From NCBI GenBank assembly GCA_963745835.1, contig CAVUZH010000019.1, forward strand, positions 96,001 to 160,000: a stretch of DNA of 64,000 nucleotides. Reading direction: 5' to 3'. This document shows, piece by piece, positions 1-9,461 of this stretch. The notes under the pieces are model-generated. The model worked only from the letters and a program-made list of their open reading frames with translations, ran no database searches and was not told the origin of the DNA. The stretch is from an uncultured delta proteobacterium. Its GTDB lineage: Bacteria; Desulfobacterota; Binatia; UBA9968. Every line of letters begins with the position of its first letter. Position 1 is the first letter of the stretch. The translations under genes and the position numbers were made by a program.

Positions 1-1161
1 TAGATTGTTCATGCTGAAATCGAGCAGGTACATGATTGCGAACGTACCGGCTATAGACATCGGCAGTGCCAGGCTGGGAATGACGGTGGCTGAGATATTT
101 CGCAGGAACAGGAAGATCACCAGCACCACCAGAAAAACGGTTCCTATCAAGGTGAGCTGGACATCGTGGACGGATTCTCGGATGGACTGCGTGCGGTCGA
201 AGAATAGCTCGAGCTCAATGGACTGTGGAATCTGTGCGCGGAGAGTGGGAAGCACCGCTTTGATGGCGTCGACTACTTCAACGACATTGGCCCCAGGCTG
301 TCGCTGAACGCCCAGGATAACCGCCCTTTCATTGTTGAACCAGCTCCCAGCTCTGGTGTTCTCAACGCTGTCGACGGCCTTGCCGAGATCCTGAACCCGC
401 ACCGGCGCACCGTTGCGATAGGTCACCACCATCGGGCGAAAAGCTTCCGCATTGGTTAGTTGCGCGTCAGAGACTAAGGTGTAAGCGCGATTCGGCGCGT
501 TCAAAGTCCCTACCGGCAAATCCACGCTGCCGCGTTGAACTGCCGCCACCACATCCTCGATGCCGATCTGCCGCGCCGCCAGCTGATTGGGATCCAGCTG
601 CAATCTAACTGCGAATTTCTGCGAACCGATGACATCGACTTGAGCCACACCGCTAATCATCGAGATTCTCTGCGCCAGGATGGTTTGGGCAAACTCATCG
701 ACCGTCGATAGAGGCAGCGTGGGCGATTTTAAAGCCAGGAGAAGAATGGAGTTGTTGGCCGGATTGACCTTTCGATACGACGGCGGGCTGGGCATATTCT
801 GCGGCAAGTCGCGCGCCGAACGCGCGATCATCGATTGTACGTCTTGCGCCGCGGCGTCGATGTTACGGCCTAAGCTAAACTGCAGCGTGATCTGAGTTCG
901 ACCCAAGGAACTTGTTGAGCTCATTGAATCGAGTCCGGCTATCGTAGAAAAGTTTTTCTCCAGCGGGGTGGCAACCGAGGACGCCATGGTCTCGGCACTG
1001 GCGCCCGGCAGATTGGCGTTGACTGTGACGGTTGGGAAATCGACTGTCGGCAGGTCGCTGACTGGCAGCGACTTATATCCCATGATGCCAAAGATCAAAA
1101 TCCCTAACATGACCAGGGTCGTCGTCACCGGTCTGCGGATGAAAAGTCCCGAGATGTTCAT
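1..1161 (-). CDS. RND efflux permease, MdtB/MdtC/AcrB family (runs off window edge)
   Basis: Not in ORF track. Manual translation from ATG at 1161 gives MNISGLFIRRPVTTTLVMLGILIFGIMGYKSLPVSDLPTVDFPT, a typical MdtB/C N-terminus. ATGA overlap with the adaptor gene. Confidence 0.93.
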   Translation of the reverse strand, partial: MNISGLFIRRPVTTTLVMLGILIFGIMGYKSLPVSDLPTVDFPTVTVNANLPGASAETMASSVATPLEKNFSTIAGLDSMSSTSSLGRTQITLQFSLGRNIDAAAQDVQSMIARSARDLPQNMPSPPSYRKVNPANNSILLLALKSPTLPLSTVDEFAQTILAQRISMISGVAQVDVIGSQKFAVRLQLDPNQLAARQIGIEDVVAAVQRGSVDLPVGTLNAPNRAYTLVSDAQLTNAEAFRPMVVTYRNGAPVRVQDLGKAVDSVENTRAGSWFNNERAVILGVQRQPGANVVEVVDAIKAVLPTLRAQIPQSIELELFFDRTQSIRESVHDVQLTLIGTVFLVVLVIFLFLRNISATVIPSLALPMSIAGTFAIMYLLDFSMNNL

Positions 1162-2438
1162 GACGGGTCCCCTTCTTGTGCCTTTGCCTTAGCTTTGCGT
1201 TCCCTTTTTTCCTCTTTGCCTTGGCTGACGACGGTGTCTTTGATCTCGATGCGCGATCCGGGTCCCAGTAGAAACTGTCCCTCACGGACAATTTGTTCCC
1301 CGGCCGCAAGTCCTTTGATAATAACCGCCTCGCCACCACTCGTGGTTCCCAAGGTCACCGGTCTCACTTCAACCCGCTTGTCCGGTTGAACGACAAATAC
1401 ATGCTGGCCATCCTGTCCGACTTGAACCGCTTCGGAAGGAATGACAACGGCGTCGGGCTGGGTGGTGAGGGTCAGAGCGACGTTGATAAACTGCCCCGGC
1501 CATAAACGTCGCTCAGTATTGGCAAACACCGCTTTCAGTTTGATAGTTCCGGTAGAGCGGTCGACGGCGTTGTCGACGAATTCAAGCCGGCCCTGCTCGG
1601 CACGTCCTTCATCGGATTGAAAAGACGCGTCCACCTTCAGCTGTCCCGCATTCATGTGACGTTTGAGGTCGCTTAGATGTTGTTCAGGAACCGAGAATGT
1701 AACATGAATGGGATTTATCTGATTGATGATAACCAGCGGCGCTCCGTCATTGACCCGGACCAGGTTACCCTCGTTCACCAGCAAGCTGCCGACCCGGCCG
1801 TCGACAGGAGAATAAATGTAGCAATAGCTGAGCTGAACTTTGGCATTTTCTACCGCTGCTTTATCGGCTTCCACCACCGCCTCGGCGGCATCCGCGTTGG
1901 TTTTGATCAGATCATATTGTTCTCTGGAGACGTATTGTTTTTCCACCAGCTCGGCATAACGCCGCACTTGTTCGCGCAAGTTCTTGAGCTGCGCGTTATC
2001 GCGCTGCATATTAGCTTCTGCCTGCCTGAGAGCGGCTTCGAAAGGACGCGGATCGATAGTAAAGAGCTGCTGTCCCTTTTTTACGTCTTGCCCTTCTTTG
2101 AAATGCGCTTCCATGAGAACGCCGGTGACCTGACTTTTGATTGACACCGTTGTATAAGGCTCGACGTTACCAACGGCGCGGAGTTGTACCGGAACAGCCT
2201 TCTGAACCGCTGTGGCAACGAGGACCGGCACAGCCTCGCGCGATCGGGCGCCGCCTGCGCCGCCGCGCCCCTGATTATTGGCGCGACTTTGGCCGGACGA
2301 ACTTTGCGCCGCGCCTTCTTGCGCTTTGATTTCCGGATTATTCTGGGATCGATTCAATGACCATGAAGAGTATTGCTGGAAGCCGGCAAAAGCGCCTACA
2401 ACCACGAGCAGTATGACAAGCAAGAGCGTGCGCTTCAT
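1158..2438 (-). CDS. RND periplasmic adaptor (MdtA-like membrane fusion protein)
   Basis: N-terminal TM anchor; motifs EGQDVKKGQQLFTIDPRPF, IYSPVDGRVG, DRSTGTIKLKA, LWPGQF. Start set at MKRTLL behind a GAGG RBS. Confidence 0.93.
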   Translation of the reverse strand: MKRTLLLVILLVVVGAFAGFQQYSSWSLNRSQNNPEIKAQEGAAQSSSGQSRANNQGRGGAGGARSREAVPVLVATAVQKAVPVQLRAVGNVEPYTTVSIKSQVTGVLMEAHFKEGQDVKKGQQLFTIDPRPFEAALRQAEANMQRDNAQLKNLREQVRRYAELVEKQYVSREQYDLIKTNADAAEAVVEADKAAVENAKVQLSYCYIYSPVDGRVGSLLVNEGNLVRVNDGAPLVIINQINPIHVTFSVPEQHLSDLKRHMNAGQLKVDASFQSDEGRAEQGRLEFVDNAVDRSTGTIKLKAVFANTERRLWPGQFINVALTLTTQPDAVVIPSEAVQVGQDGQHVFVVQPDKRVEVRPVTLGTTSGGEAVIIKGLAAGEQIVREGQFLLGPGSRIEIKDTVVSQGKEEKRERKAKAKAQEGDPS

Positions 2439-2470
2439 TACCTCGAACCTCCTAGGCAACTTTGCATAGA

Positions 2471-3859
2471 CTACCTTATAGACCCAGGCTTAAGAACTCC
2501 AACGCGGTTGTCGCCCATAGCCCGCGCCAGCTGCGCATCGGCAATTCTGTACTCATAAAGCGCGCGAACATAGGTAGTTTGGGCGTCGGCGTATAAAGTC
2601 TCGGCATCGGTTACTTCAATAATTGAACCCACCCCGACCTGATAGCGCCCTTGCGCTAAATCAAGGTTTTCCTTGGCAGCCTTTGTCGCTGATTCGGTAG
2701 CTATAATCCGCTCCTGAGTTTCTACCACTCTGAGGTAGCTCTGCTCAACGTCCAAGGCAATCAGCTGTCGCCGCTCTTCTTCTTGAGCTCTGATATTATA
2801 GTAGTTATGTAAAGTCTCCTCGACCCGATTAGTCGTGCGGAAACCGTCGAAGATGGGAATATTGAGACTCAACTGCGCCTGCCAGGCGGATTGAAGCGGA
2901 AACGTGCTCTCACCGCTGCCGCTGGAATTTCTATACCCATAGAATGCGTCGAAAACGACGTCCGGCAAATGGCCTCTGCGGGCTGTCGCAATCAACTGGT
3001 CCGAAGCGCGCCTTTGTGCTTCAAAGCTACGCAGTTCCGTGCGGTTATCGAAAGCGATCGTGCGTGCGGCTGCCAAGTTCATGCTTAGCTCGACCTCAGG
3101 CGAGTCTTGGGCGACCGGTTGCTCCGGTAAGCGCGGCGACCCCATGGCATTTCTTAACGTGACCCAGGCAATTTTAACCGAGTTCTCAGAGCCGATGAGC
3201 TCGGCACGCGCCGTATAAAGGTTGGCTTCTGCGCGAGCGACATCGATGCGCGCGCGCGTACCAACCTCGTAAAATCCCTGAGCTTGACGAACCAGCAGCT
3301 CGCGGTTGCGCACCGTCTCCTGACTTACTCTCACCAACGCTTGTGTGCCTAAATATGTGTAGTAGGCCTGTTTGACACTCAGAACGATATCCTGCGTCGT
3401 GCTCGAAAAATCCTCGCGCGTGGCATCTACCGTCTCACGAGCGGCCTGCACTGTGCCTTCGCGTTTACCGAAGTTGTACAACGTCAGATTCAGATTGGCC
3501 TGACTGACGTAAGTATCAATGGCGCTGGAAGTGGTCCCGCTGGTTCCGGAAGCATTGGTCGTGCGGTAGGAATTGTTGAAATTGATCGTCGGATAATAGG
3601 CGGACATCTGCTGCCCCAGAATCGCTTCCTGTGAGCCAATTCTTGCCTTGGCTGCCCGGATCCTAGGGTGGTTTTCCAGACTGATGCGAACTGCATCTTC
3701 GATGGTCAGAAGCTTGCCTTGCGGCGGAGCCTGGATGGCCGGAGTCGCCTGGACCTGCAACGCCACGTCGGCCGCCAGGGAAACCGACACTGGGTTAACC
3801 GTTCCCAGCCAAACACACAGCAAAAGACATGGGAACAGAGTCGATTTCCACGGGGTCAT
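2471..3859 (-). CDS. TolC family outer membrane efflux protein
   Basis: Signal peptide, LTIEDAVRISLENHP, LNIPIFDGF, RYQVGVGSIIEVTDAE; first gene of the RND operon. Confidence 0.92.
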   Translation of the reverse strand: MTPWKSTLFPCLLLCVWLGTVNPVSVSLAADVALQVQATPAIQAPPQGKLLTIEDAVRISLENHPRIRAAKARIGSQEAILGQQMSAYYPTINFNNSYRTTNASGTSGTTSSAIDTYVSQANLNLTLYNFGKREGTVQAARETVDATREDFSSTTQDIVLSVKQAYYTYLGTQALVRVSQETVRNRELLVRQAQGFYEVGTRARIDVARAEANLYTARAELIGSENSVKIAWVTLRNAMGSPRLPEQPVAQDSPEVELSMNLAAARTIAFDNRTELRSFEAQRRASDQLIATARRGHLPDVVFDAFYGYRNSSGSGESTFPLQSAWQAQLSLNIPIFDGFRTTNRVEETLHNYYNIRAQEEERRQLIALDVEQSYLRVVETQERIIATESATKAAKENLDLAQGRYQVGVGSIIEVTDAETLYADAQTTYVRALYEYRIADAQLARAMGDNRVGVLKPGSIR

Positions 3860-3972
3860 ACAATTCCTCCCTTAACTTCGTGCGCGCAGACTATAGTGGT
3901 TTTATTGGGTTAAAGCAAAAACCGCGGACTGCACAATAGTGTCTCTTTTCCGGCTGGAAATTCGCGGCAAAC

Positions 3973-4746
3973 CTAGGGGAGCTGGGCGAATATTCGAAGT
4001 GGCGCGCCGCTTCCCCCTTTGATTTTCATCGGGATCGCAAAGATCATTGCGCCCTTTGACGGCAGACGATCCAAAGCCGCAATGTTCTCGAAGATCGGCA
4101 CATTGGCGCCGCCGAGTATTTGATGAACAATGAAATCGCGCGAGGGCCCGTGATCGATACTGGGGGTGTCAACTCCAATGGCTTTGACGCCGCGCTGTCT
4201 TATCAGAAACTCCGCCGCTTCTTTCGAAAATCCTGGGAAATGAAGATTGGCTACGTCGCCTGGTTCATCTGTGCCGAAGTACTGCTTGCGATTACCCCAA
4301 TATTTACCCCATCCCGAGTACATCAAGACAATTGACTCCTTGGGAATGCGCCCGAAACGCTTCTCCCATGCGCGAATGTCTTGGAGGTTTAATCGATGAT
4401 CGCGATCGGCGCCGACCGCGCTGCGCACATCGATGATGACACCGGGACCGATTGTCCTCGCCAAAGGAATCTGGTCGATGGTCCACTTACCCTCGGCGAA
4501 ATGAAACGGCGCATCCAAATGCGTGCCAACGTGCTCTGCCCCACTGTATTCATACGCGGAATACCAGTAACCCGCCGCGGTTCGCCCTTCGCTGGTCTTC
4601 TCAAGATGAAAAGGCTTGGCGGTCGGCCAATGCAGAGTATCTTCGGCGAACGGGTAAGTCATGTCGATTAGCTTCTTGGCATCAGCCGCGTGCGCCGAAG
4701 ACGCAAATAAAGTTACGCAAAGTAAAAAGCCCACGACTGGTCGCAT
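3973..4746 (-). CDS. Cyclase family metal hydrolase (kynurenine formamidase/isatin hydrolase-like) with signal peptide
   Basis: HxGTHxDxPxH motif (EHVGTHLDAPFH), GVDTPSID, PMKIKGGSGAPLR; AHA-A cleavage site. Confidence 0.9.
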   Translation of the reverse strand: MRPVVGFLLCVTLFASSAHAADAKKLIDMTYPFAEDTLHWPTAKPFHLEKTSEGRTAAGYWYSAYEYSGAEHVGTHLDAPFHFAEGKWTIDQIPLARTIGPGVIIDVRSAVGADRDHRLNLQDIRAWEKRFGRIPKESIVLMYSGWGKYWGNRKQYFGTDEPGDVANLHFPGFSKEAAEFLIRQRGVKAIGVDTPSIDHGPSRDFIVHQILGGANVPIFENIAALDRLPSKGAMIFAIPMKIKGGSGAPLRIFAQLP

Positions 4747-4891
4747 CGATCTACCTCCTACAATAAAGCGTCAAATAGAGTGACCTGCGCTGCCAAATAG
4801 GACGGCGACGAAAACGCGCCTGCTTTGCAGCGTCACCAGCAGAATTCGAGGGTGAAACTTCTACCCGCTCGCTATTCTTGAGCTTGTGGAG

Positions 4892-5329
4892 CTACCGCTT
4901 CTTACGGATAGATTCGAGTTGTCTTCTGGCATCGGTAAAGTCTGGCCTGAGATTGAGCGCAGCTTCGAACTCCTTTTCAGCCTCAAGGTAGCGTCCGCGA
5001 TCCGCCAAAGCCCTGCCCAGCTCGTAATGCGCAACCTCATCCCCGGGGCAAAGAGACAGGCCTTCGCGATAAAGCGCGATGGCCTGATCGCCAGCGCTTG
5101 CTATCTGGGCCTTCTCGAAATAATCGCGGAAAGCGCGGTTACAGTCCTGCTGCTTCTGATCTTGCAGCTGTTGATTCGCCAGCATCGTCTCGAGATCTTT
5201 GCGTTGTTGGGCGATTTCCAACTCTTGCTGTTTGATCTGCTCGGCTTGTTTTTGGAGGATTTCGGAATTGCAGGCAAACATAGTCGTCGCGAAGATAGCC
5301 AATGGAAATAAGCCGGACCTGCGAGTCAT
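4892..5329 (-). CDS. TPR-containing lipoprotein
   Basis: Lipobox MFAC, coiled-coil segment, TPR pattern AHYELGRALADRGRYLEAEKEFEAAL. Confidence 0.8.
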   Translation of the reverse strand: MTRRSGLFPLAIFATTMFACNSEILQKQAEQIKQQELEIAQQRKDLETMLANQQLQDQKQQDCNRAFRDYFEKAQIASAGDQAIALYREGLSLCPGDEVAHYELGRALADRGRYLEAEKEFEAALNLRPDFTDARRQLESIRKKR

Positions 5330-5353
5330 CTCTTTAACCGGCGCAGCCGTGAG

Positions 5354-7681
5354 CTACGTTTGTTTTTTCAAATCCTCTAAGGCCAGATAAACTTTTTCGG
5401 CTTTGATTGGTAAATCCTTGATGCGCACGCCGACGGCATCGAAGATCGCGTTAGCGATGGCGGGCGCCACCGGGATCAAGGCACTCTCGCCGATGCCTTT
5501 AGCGCCGAATGGACCGTTCTTGTCCGGAATCTCAATCGCAATGGGATCGATCGAAGCGGGCATATCAGCCAGCGACGGCAAGACATAGTCGATAAGATTG
5601 GGATTGATCAGCTGGCCATTGTCATAAGCGATCTCTTCGAACACCGCCTGGCCTATGCCGGTAATTGCCGCGCCGGTCATTTGCTGGCGACAGCCGAGTG
5701 GGTTGAGCGCTTTACCGACATCAACCGCCGTGGCGTACTTGAGCAGCTTGAATTTGCCGGTCTCCATGTCCACTTCGACTTCGGCAGCGCCGGCAGAAAG
5801 GAACCAAAATGCCGAAGTGCTCTTTTCACCGAATTCGTCTTTCACCGACGTCTTCAACTCGCCCTCACCGATCAAGGTGCCGCCTTGCATGCCGAATCTC
5901 TTAAACATAATTTCAGCATAATCGAGCGAGCCCTCGGGTAGGCGCACCTTTCCATCGGCGAAGCTCACCTGGTCCGCCGGCACGCCATACTCTTCAACGA
6001 CGATCTCCTTGAGCTGCCGCAGGATGTCCCGCGCCGCGAATTGCACCGCCTTGCCCATATGAAAGGTTGACCGGCTTGACGAGGTCGTCAAATCATAAGG
6101 GACGACATCGGTATCGACGCCCAGAACTTGAATCTGGCGCAATGGAATTCCCAATTCTTCTCCGGCGATCTGCGCCAGCACTGTCTCGGAACCCTGGCCC
6201 ATCTCGACTGTGCCGCAATAGATAGAAAGACTGCTGTCTTCGTTGAGCTTTACCGCGGCGCACGATATCGACGGCGTGATCGTCGCCTTGATCATACAGG
6301 CCAAGCCCTTGCCGCGCTTCAGGCTTGTTCCAGTTGAACCTTGAACGGTTGAACTGTTGAACTGTTGTTCTGCTCCCCAGCCAATTGATTTAGCGACTCC
6401 GTGGAGGCAATCTTTTAAGCCAACGCTGCGCAGTGTTTCTTCGGTCACGAATCGATCGCCATCGACATAGCCGTTCTTGAGCCGAAGCTCGAGGGGGTCC
6501 ATTTTTAGCGCCGCCGCCATGATATCCATTTGCGACTCGACGGCCCATGCCGATTGAGAAACCCCGAAACCACGGAAAGCACCCGCCGGTGGTTTATTGG
6601 TGTAAACGGAATATGAGTCTATTTTCAGGTTAGGAATTCGATATGGGCCGGCCGCTGTGTAGCCTGACTTCTTCGCCACCCGTGGTCCGATTTCAGCATA
6701 GGCGCCGGTGTCGAGATGGATCTCACATTCGCGCGCAATCAGGGTGCCGTCGTTTTTCACGCCGGTTTTCATCCGGATCACCGCGGCGTGTTTGGTGATC
6801 GTGTAGAAGACCTCCTCGCGCGACAGCACCACCCGAACCGGCCGGCGAGCCTTCTGCGCCAGAGCAACTGTAATCGGCTCGACTTTGGGATAAACTTTTC
6901 CGCCGTAACCACCGCCCAGATACGGCACAATCACCCGCACCTTGGACACCGGAATTTTAAATATGCTGGCCAACTGAGTGCGTACGACGAATGGGTTCTG
7001 CGTCGTCGCCCAGACCGTGATGCGCCCCGCCTCCGCTGAGGCGATACAGGCGTGAGTCTCCAGAAAGCAGTGTTGCGTCGCCGGTAAGGTAAATGTGTCT
7101 TCGAAAATGCGGTCCGCTTCCGCGAACCCTTTCTCCACCTCGCCGCGGTTGAGCTTGAAATGCGTGCAGACGTTGGTCCCTTCCACCGGCTTGATTTCGG
7201 CGAGGTCGGCAAAACCGGAAGTCGGCAGTTTGATTGAATCGTGCACTAATACAGCGCGGCTTTTTAACGCTTCATGCACATCGAGCACCGCCGGCAGTTC
7301 TTCGTAATCGACTTCAATCAGGCGCAGCGCCTCTTCGGCAGCATCAACGGTCGCCGCGGCAACGGCGGCCACCGGATCGCCGACATGGCGAACTTTATCC
7401 ACAGCCACGATGGTCTGATCTTTGAAGACCGGACCGTAATAAGGTTCGATACCGTGATCATGAAGAATATCGTCGCGGGTGATGATCGTGATAACGCCGG
7501 TAACTTTGACCGCCTTGGAAATGTCGATTCTCTTTATACGGGCGTGAGGCAGCGGGCTGCGCAGAATTTTGCCGTGGCACATGCCGGGCATGTGCATGTC
7601 CGCCAGATACAATGCCCTGCCCGAGATCTTACTCTCATAATCGAGCCGTCGCGCGGATTTACCGATTTCGCTTGTCTCCAT
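5354..7681 (-). CDS. Xanthine dehydrogenase family molybdopterin-binding large subunit
   Basis: RSPLPHARI, GGGYGGK, AFRGFG active-site loop (not a CO dehydrogenase motif), EMGQG, GAKGIGE. Start may be 7702. Confidence 0.95.
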   Translation of the reverse strand: METSEIGKSARRLDYESKISGRALYLADMHMPGMCHGKILRSPLPHARIKRIDISKAVKVTGVITIITRDDILHDHGIEPYYGPVFKDQTIVAVDKVRHVGDPVAAVAAATVDAAEEALRLIEVDYEELPAVLDVHEALKSRAVLVHDSIKLPTSGFADLAEIKPVEGTNVCTHFKLNRGEVEKGFAEADRIFEDTFTLPATQHCFLETHACIASAEAGRITVWATTQNPFVVRTQLASIFKIPVSKVRVIVPYLGGGYGGKVYPKVEPITVALAQKARRPVRVVLSREEVFYTITKHAAVIRMKTGVKNDGTLIARECEIHLDTGAYAEIGPRVAKKSGYTAAGPYRIPNLKIDSYSVYTNKPPAGAFRGFGVSQSAWAVESQMDIMAAALKMDPLELRLKNGYVDGDRFVTEETLRSVGLKDCLHGVAKSIGWGAEQQFNSSTVQGSTGTSLKRGKGLACMIKATITPSISCAAVKLNEDSSLSIYCGTVEMGQGSETVLAQIAGEELGIPLRQIQVLGVDTDVVPYDLTTSSSRSTFHMGKAVQFAARDILRQLKEIVVEEYGVPADQVSFADGKVRLPEGSLDYAEIMFKRFGMQGGTLIGEGELKTSVKDEFGEKSTSAFWFLSAGAAEVEVDMETGKFKLLKYATAVDVGKALNPLGCRQQMTGAAITGIGQAVFEEIAYDNGQLINPNLIDYVLPSLADMPASIDPIAIEIPDKNGPFGAKGIGESALIPVAPAIANAIFDAVGVRIKDLPIKAEKVYLALEDLKKQT

Positions 7682-7839
7682 CGAATACGATCCTTCCATC
7701 ATCCCACCTGAGCTCGCACTTTCGAATACCTGGTCGTCAAGAACGCGGCGATTGCAAGGGCGCAGCGCAGGATCGCACCGCAGCGTACACGAGCAGAAGT
7801 TGAGGATGCGAGCCTAGGGCGGCAACTCCGCAAGCGGGC

Positions 7840-8313
7840 TTATTCGCGGCTCAGGCTTGCCACGTTCTTGACCGCTTGCATAATCTCCTGATAACAGCCG
7901 CAGCGGCAAAAGTTGCCGGCCAAGTAATTTCGAATTTGCTCATCGGATGGCTTAGGGCATTCCTCCAGCAAAGCTTTCGCAGTTAAGATGAATCCCGACG
8001 TACAATAGCCGCACTGTAAAGCGCCAAACTCCATGAACGCTTCTTGGACCGGATCGAGCTTGCCATTGCTGTCCAATCCTTCGATGGTCACGACCTCGCA
8101 ACCGTCGGCGTCGACAGCCAGAACAGAACACGCGCTTACCGGTTTGCCGTTGACGAGCAACGTGCAAGCGCCGCACACCTGGATATCGCAGCCGAGCTTG
8201 GCGCCGGTCAATTCGAATTGTTCGCGCACTAGATCGAGCAGCGTGGTGCGCGCTTCAACTTCGACGCTGCGCTCGACGCCGTTAACATTTATTGAAATCG
8301 TCTTGCGATTCAT
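7840..8313 (-). CDS. 2Fe-2S small subunit (CoxS/XdhC type)
   Basis: GCDIQVCGACT, QCGYC, NFCRCG cluster motifs. Confidence 0.95.
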   Translation of the reverse strand: MNRKTISINVNGVERSVEVEARTTLLDLVREQFELTGAKLGCDIQVCGACTLLVNGKPVSACSVLAVDADGCEVVTIEGLDSNGKLDPVQEAFMEFGALQCGYCTSGFILTAKALLEECPKPSDEQIRNYLAGNFCRCGCYQEIMQAVKNVASLSRE

Positions 8314-8470
8314 TATGCTTCCGCGCTGTTAAAACCGCTGCGCACGGGAATAGCTTATCTCCACTCGGAACTCACCCCTATCCTAACCTTTCCCGACTAA
8401 AGGAAACGACTGAAACCGACTTGTCACAAATTCATCCTGGGGTGGTGAATGCTCAGGTCTTTCCTGGCGA

Positions 8471-9340
8471 TTATTCGCTGAGAGCTTTCCTGTAGGCCGC
8501 GTCTGCCGCCCGCCTCACTAGTGTCATGACGATCGCTCGTTTGTATTCTTCAGAGCCGCGCAGGTCACCGATCGGACTGCACTCTTGCGACGCTAGAGCG
8601 GCCGCCTCCCTGATAAGATCAGCGTTCAAAATTTTGCCGATGACAAGGGCCTCGGCCTTTTTTGCCCTAACCGGTGTCGGGCCGACACAGCCGAGCACGA
8701 TCCGCGCAACTTGAACGGCTTCTTTGTCCAATGTCACTCGTACTGCTACACCGGCTGAAGGTTTGTCGACCGCAGAACTGCTGGAGAATCGGATGTAGTC
8801 GATGCCGGAACGCGGTGGTGGCGGCGGGAGCACGACTTGTGTGATAATTTCGTCTTCCGCCAAACTGGTCGTATAAAAGTCGAGGAATAGCTCCTCGACC
8901 AGAATCGTGCGCTGCCCAGATGGGCCGGCGACTTTTAACTTACCGTCCAGGGCAATAAAAATTTGTGATAGATCGGTCAGCGGTTCGCCTGAAGCGAGAT
9001 TGCCTCCGACCGTTCCCATGTTGCGCACACGGATATTGGCGACTTCTCTTTCCGCCTCGCAGAGCACTGGAAGTTTTTCTTTGACAAGAGAGGATGTTTC
9101 AATTTCACGATGCGTCACCAGAGCGCCGATGATCAATCCTTCCTTGGTGTCGAACGAAATGCCCTTTAACTCAGAAATCTTTTTGATATTGACCAACGCC
9201 TTGGGCTGATAAAGGCCTTGCTTCATGAGAATCGTGACATGCGCGCCACCGGCAAAAACCTTGGCTTCGCCGGCATGTTGCTTGAGCATGGCGCAAGCCT
9301 CAGCAATCGACGTCGGTTCGAGATAGTCGAAGTTTCTCAT
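8471..9340 (-). CDS. FAD-binding medium subunit (CoxM type)
   Basis: FDYLEPTS, AGG, RNMGTVGGNL, DLRGSEEYKR; no HcrB-type Fe-S insert. Confidence 0.94.
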   Translation of the reverse strand: MRNFDYLEPTSIAEACAMLKQHAGEAKVFAGGAHVTILMKQGLYQPKALVNIKKISELKGISFDTKEGLIIGALVTHREIETSSLVKEKLPVLCEAEREVANIRVRNMGTVGGNLASGEPLTDLSQIFIALDGKLKVAGPSGQRTILVEELFLDFYTTSLAEDEIITQVVLPPPPPRSGIDYIRFSSSSAVDKPSAGVAVRVTLDKEAVQVARIVLGCVGPTPVRAKKAEALVIGKILNADLIREAAALASQECSPIGDLRGSEEYKRAIVMTLVRRAADAAYRKALSE

Positions 9341-9461
9341 GTCTTGGAAGGACGTTCAGACTTTATCCCGCCAAGACGGAAGGGTGCCAATTTAACGGGA
9401 TTTACCAATTTTCCAAACCTTTGCGCCTTTTCGTCCTTGAGCGAGTCACGATCCTCTGCGC

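Noticed and set aside
5354-9340. Aerobic CO dehydrogenase (coxMSL) or 4-hydroxybenzoyl-CoA reductase
   Set aside because: Active-site loop is AFRGFG, not AYxCSFR or AYRGAGR; the FAD subunit lacks the HcrB Cys-rich insert
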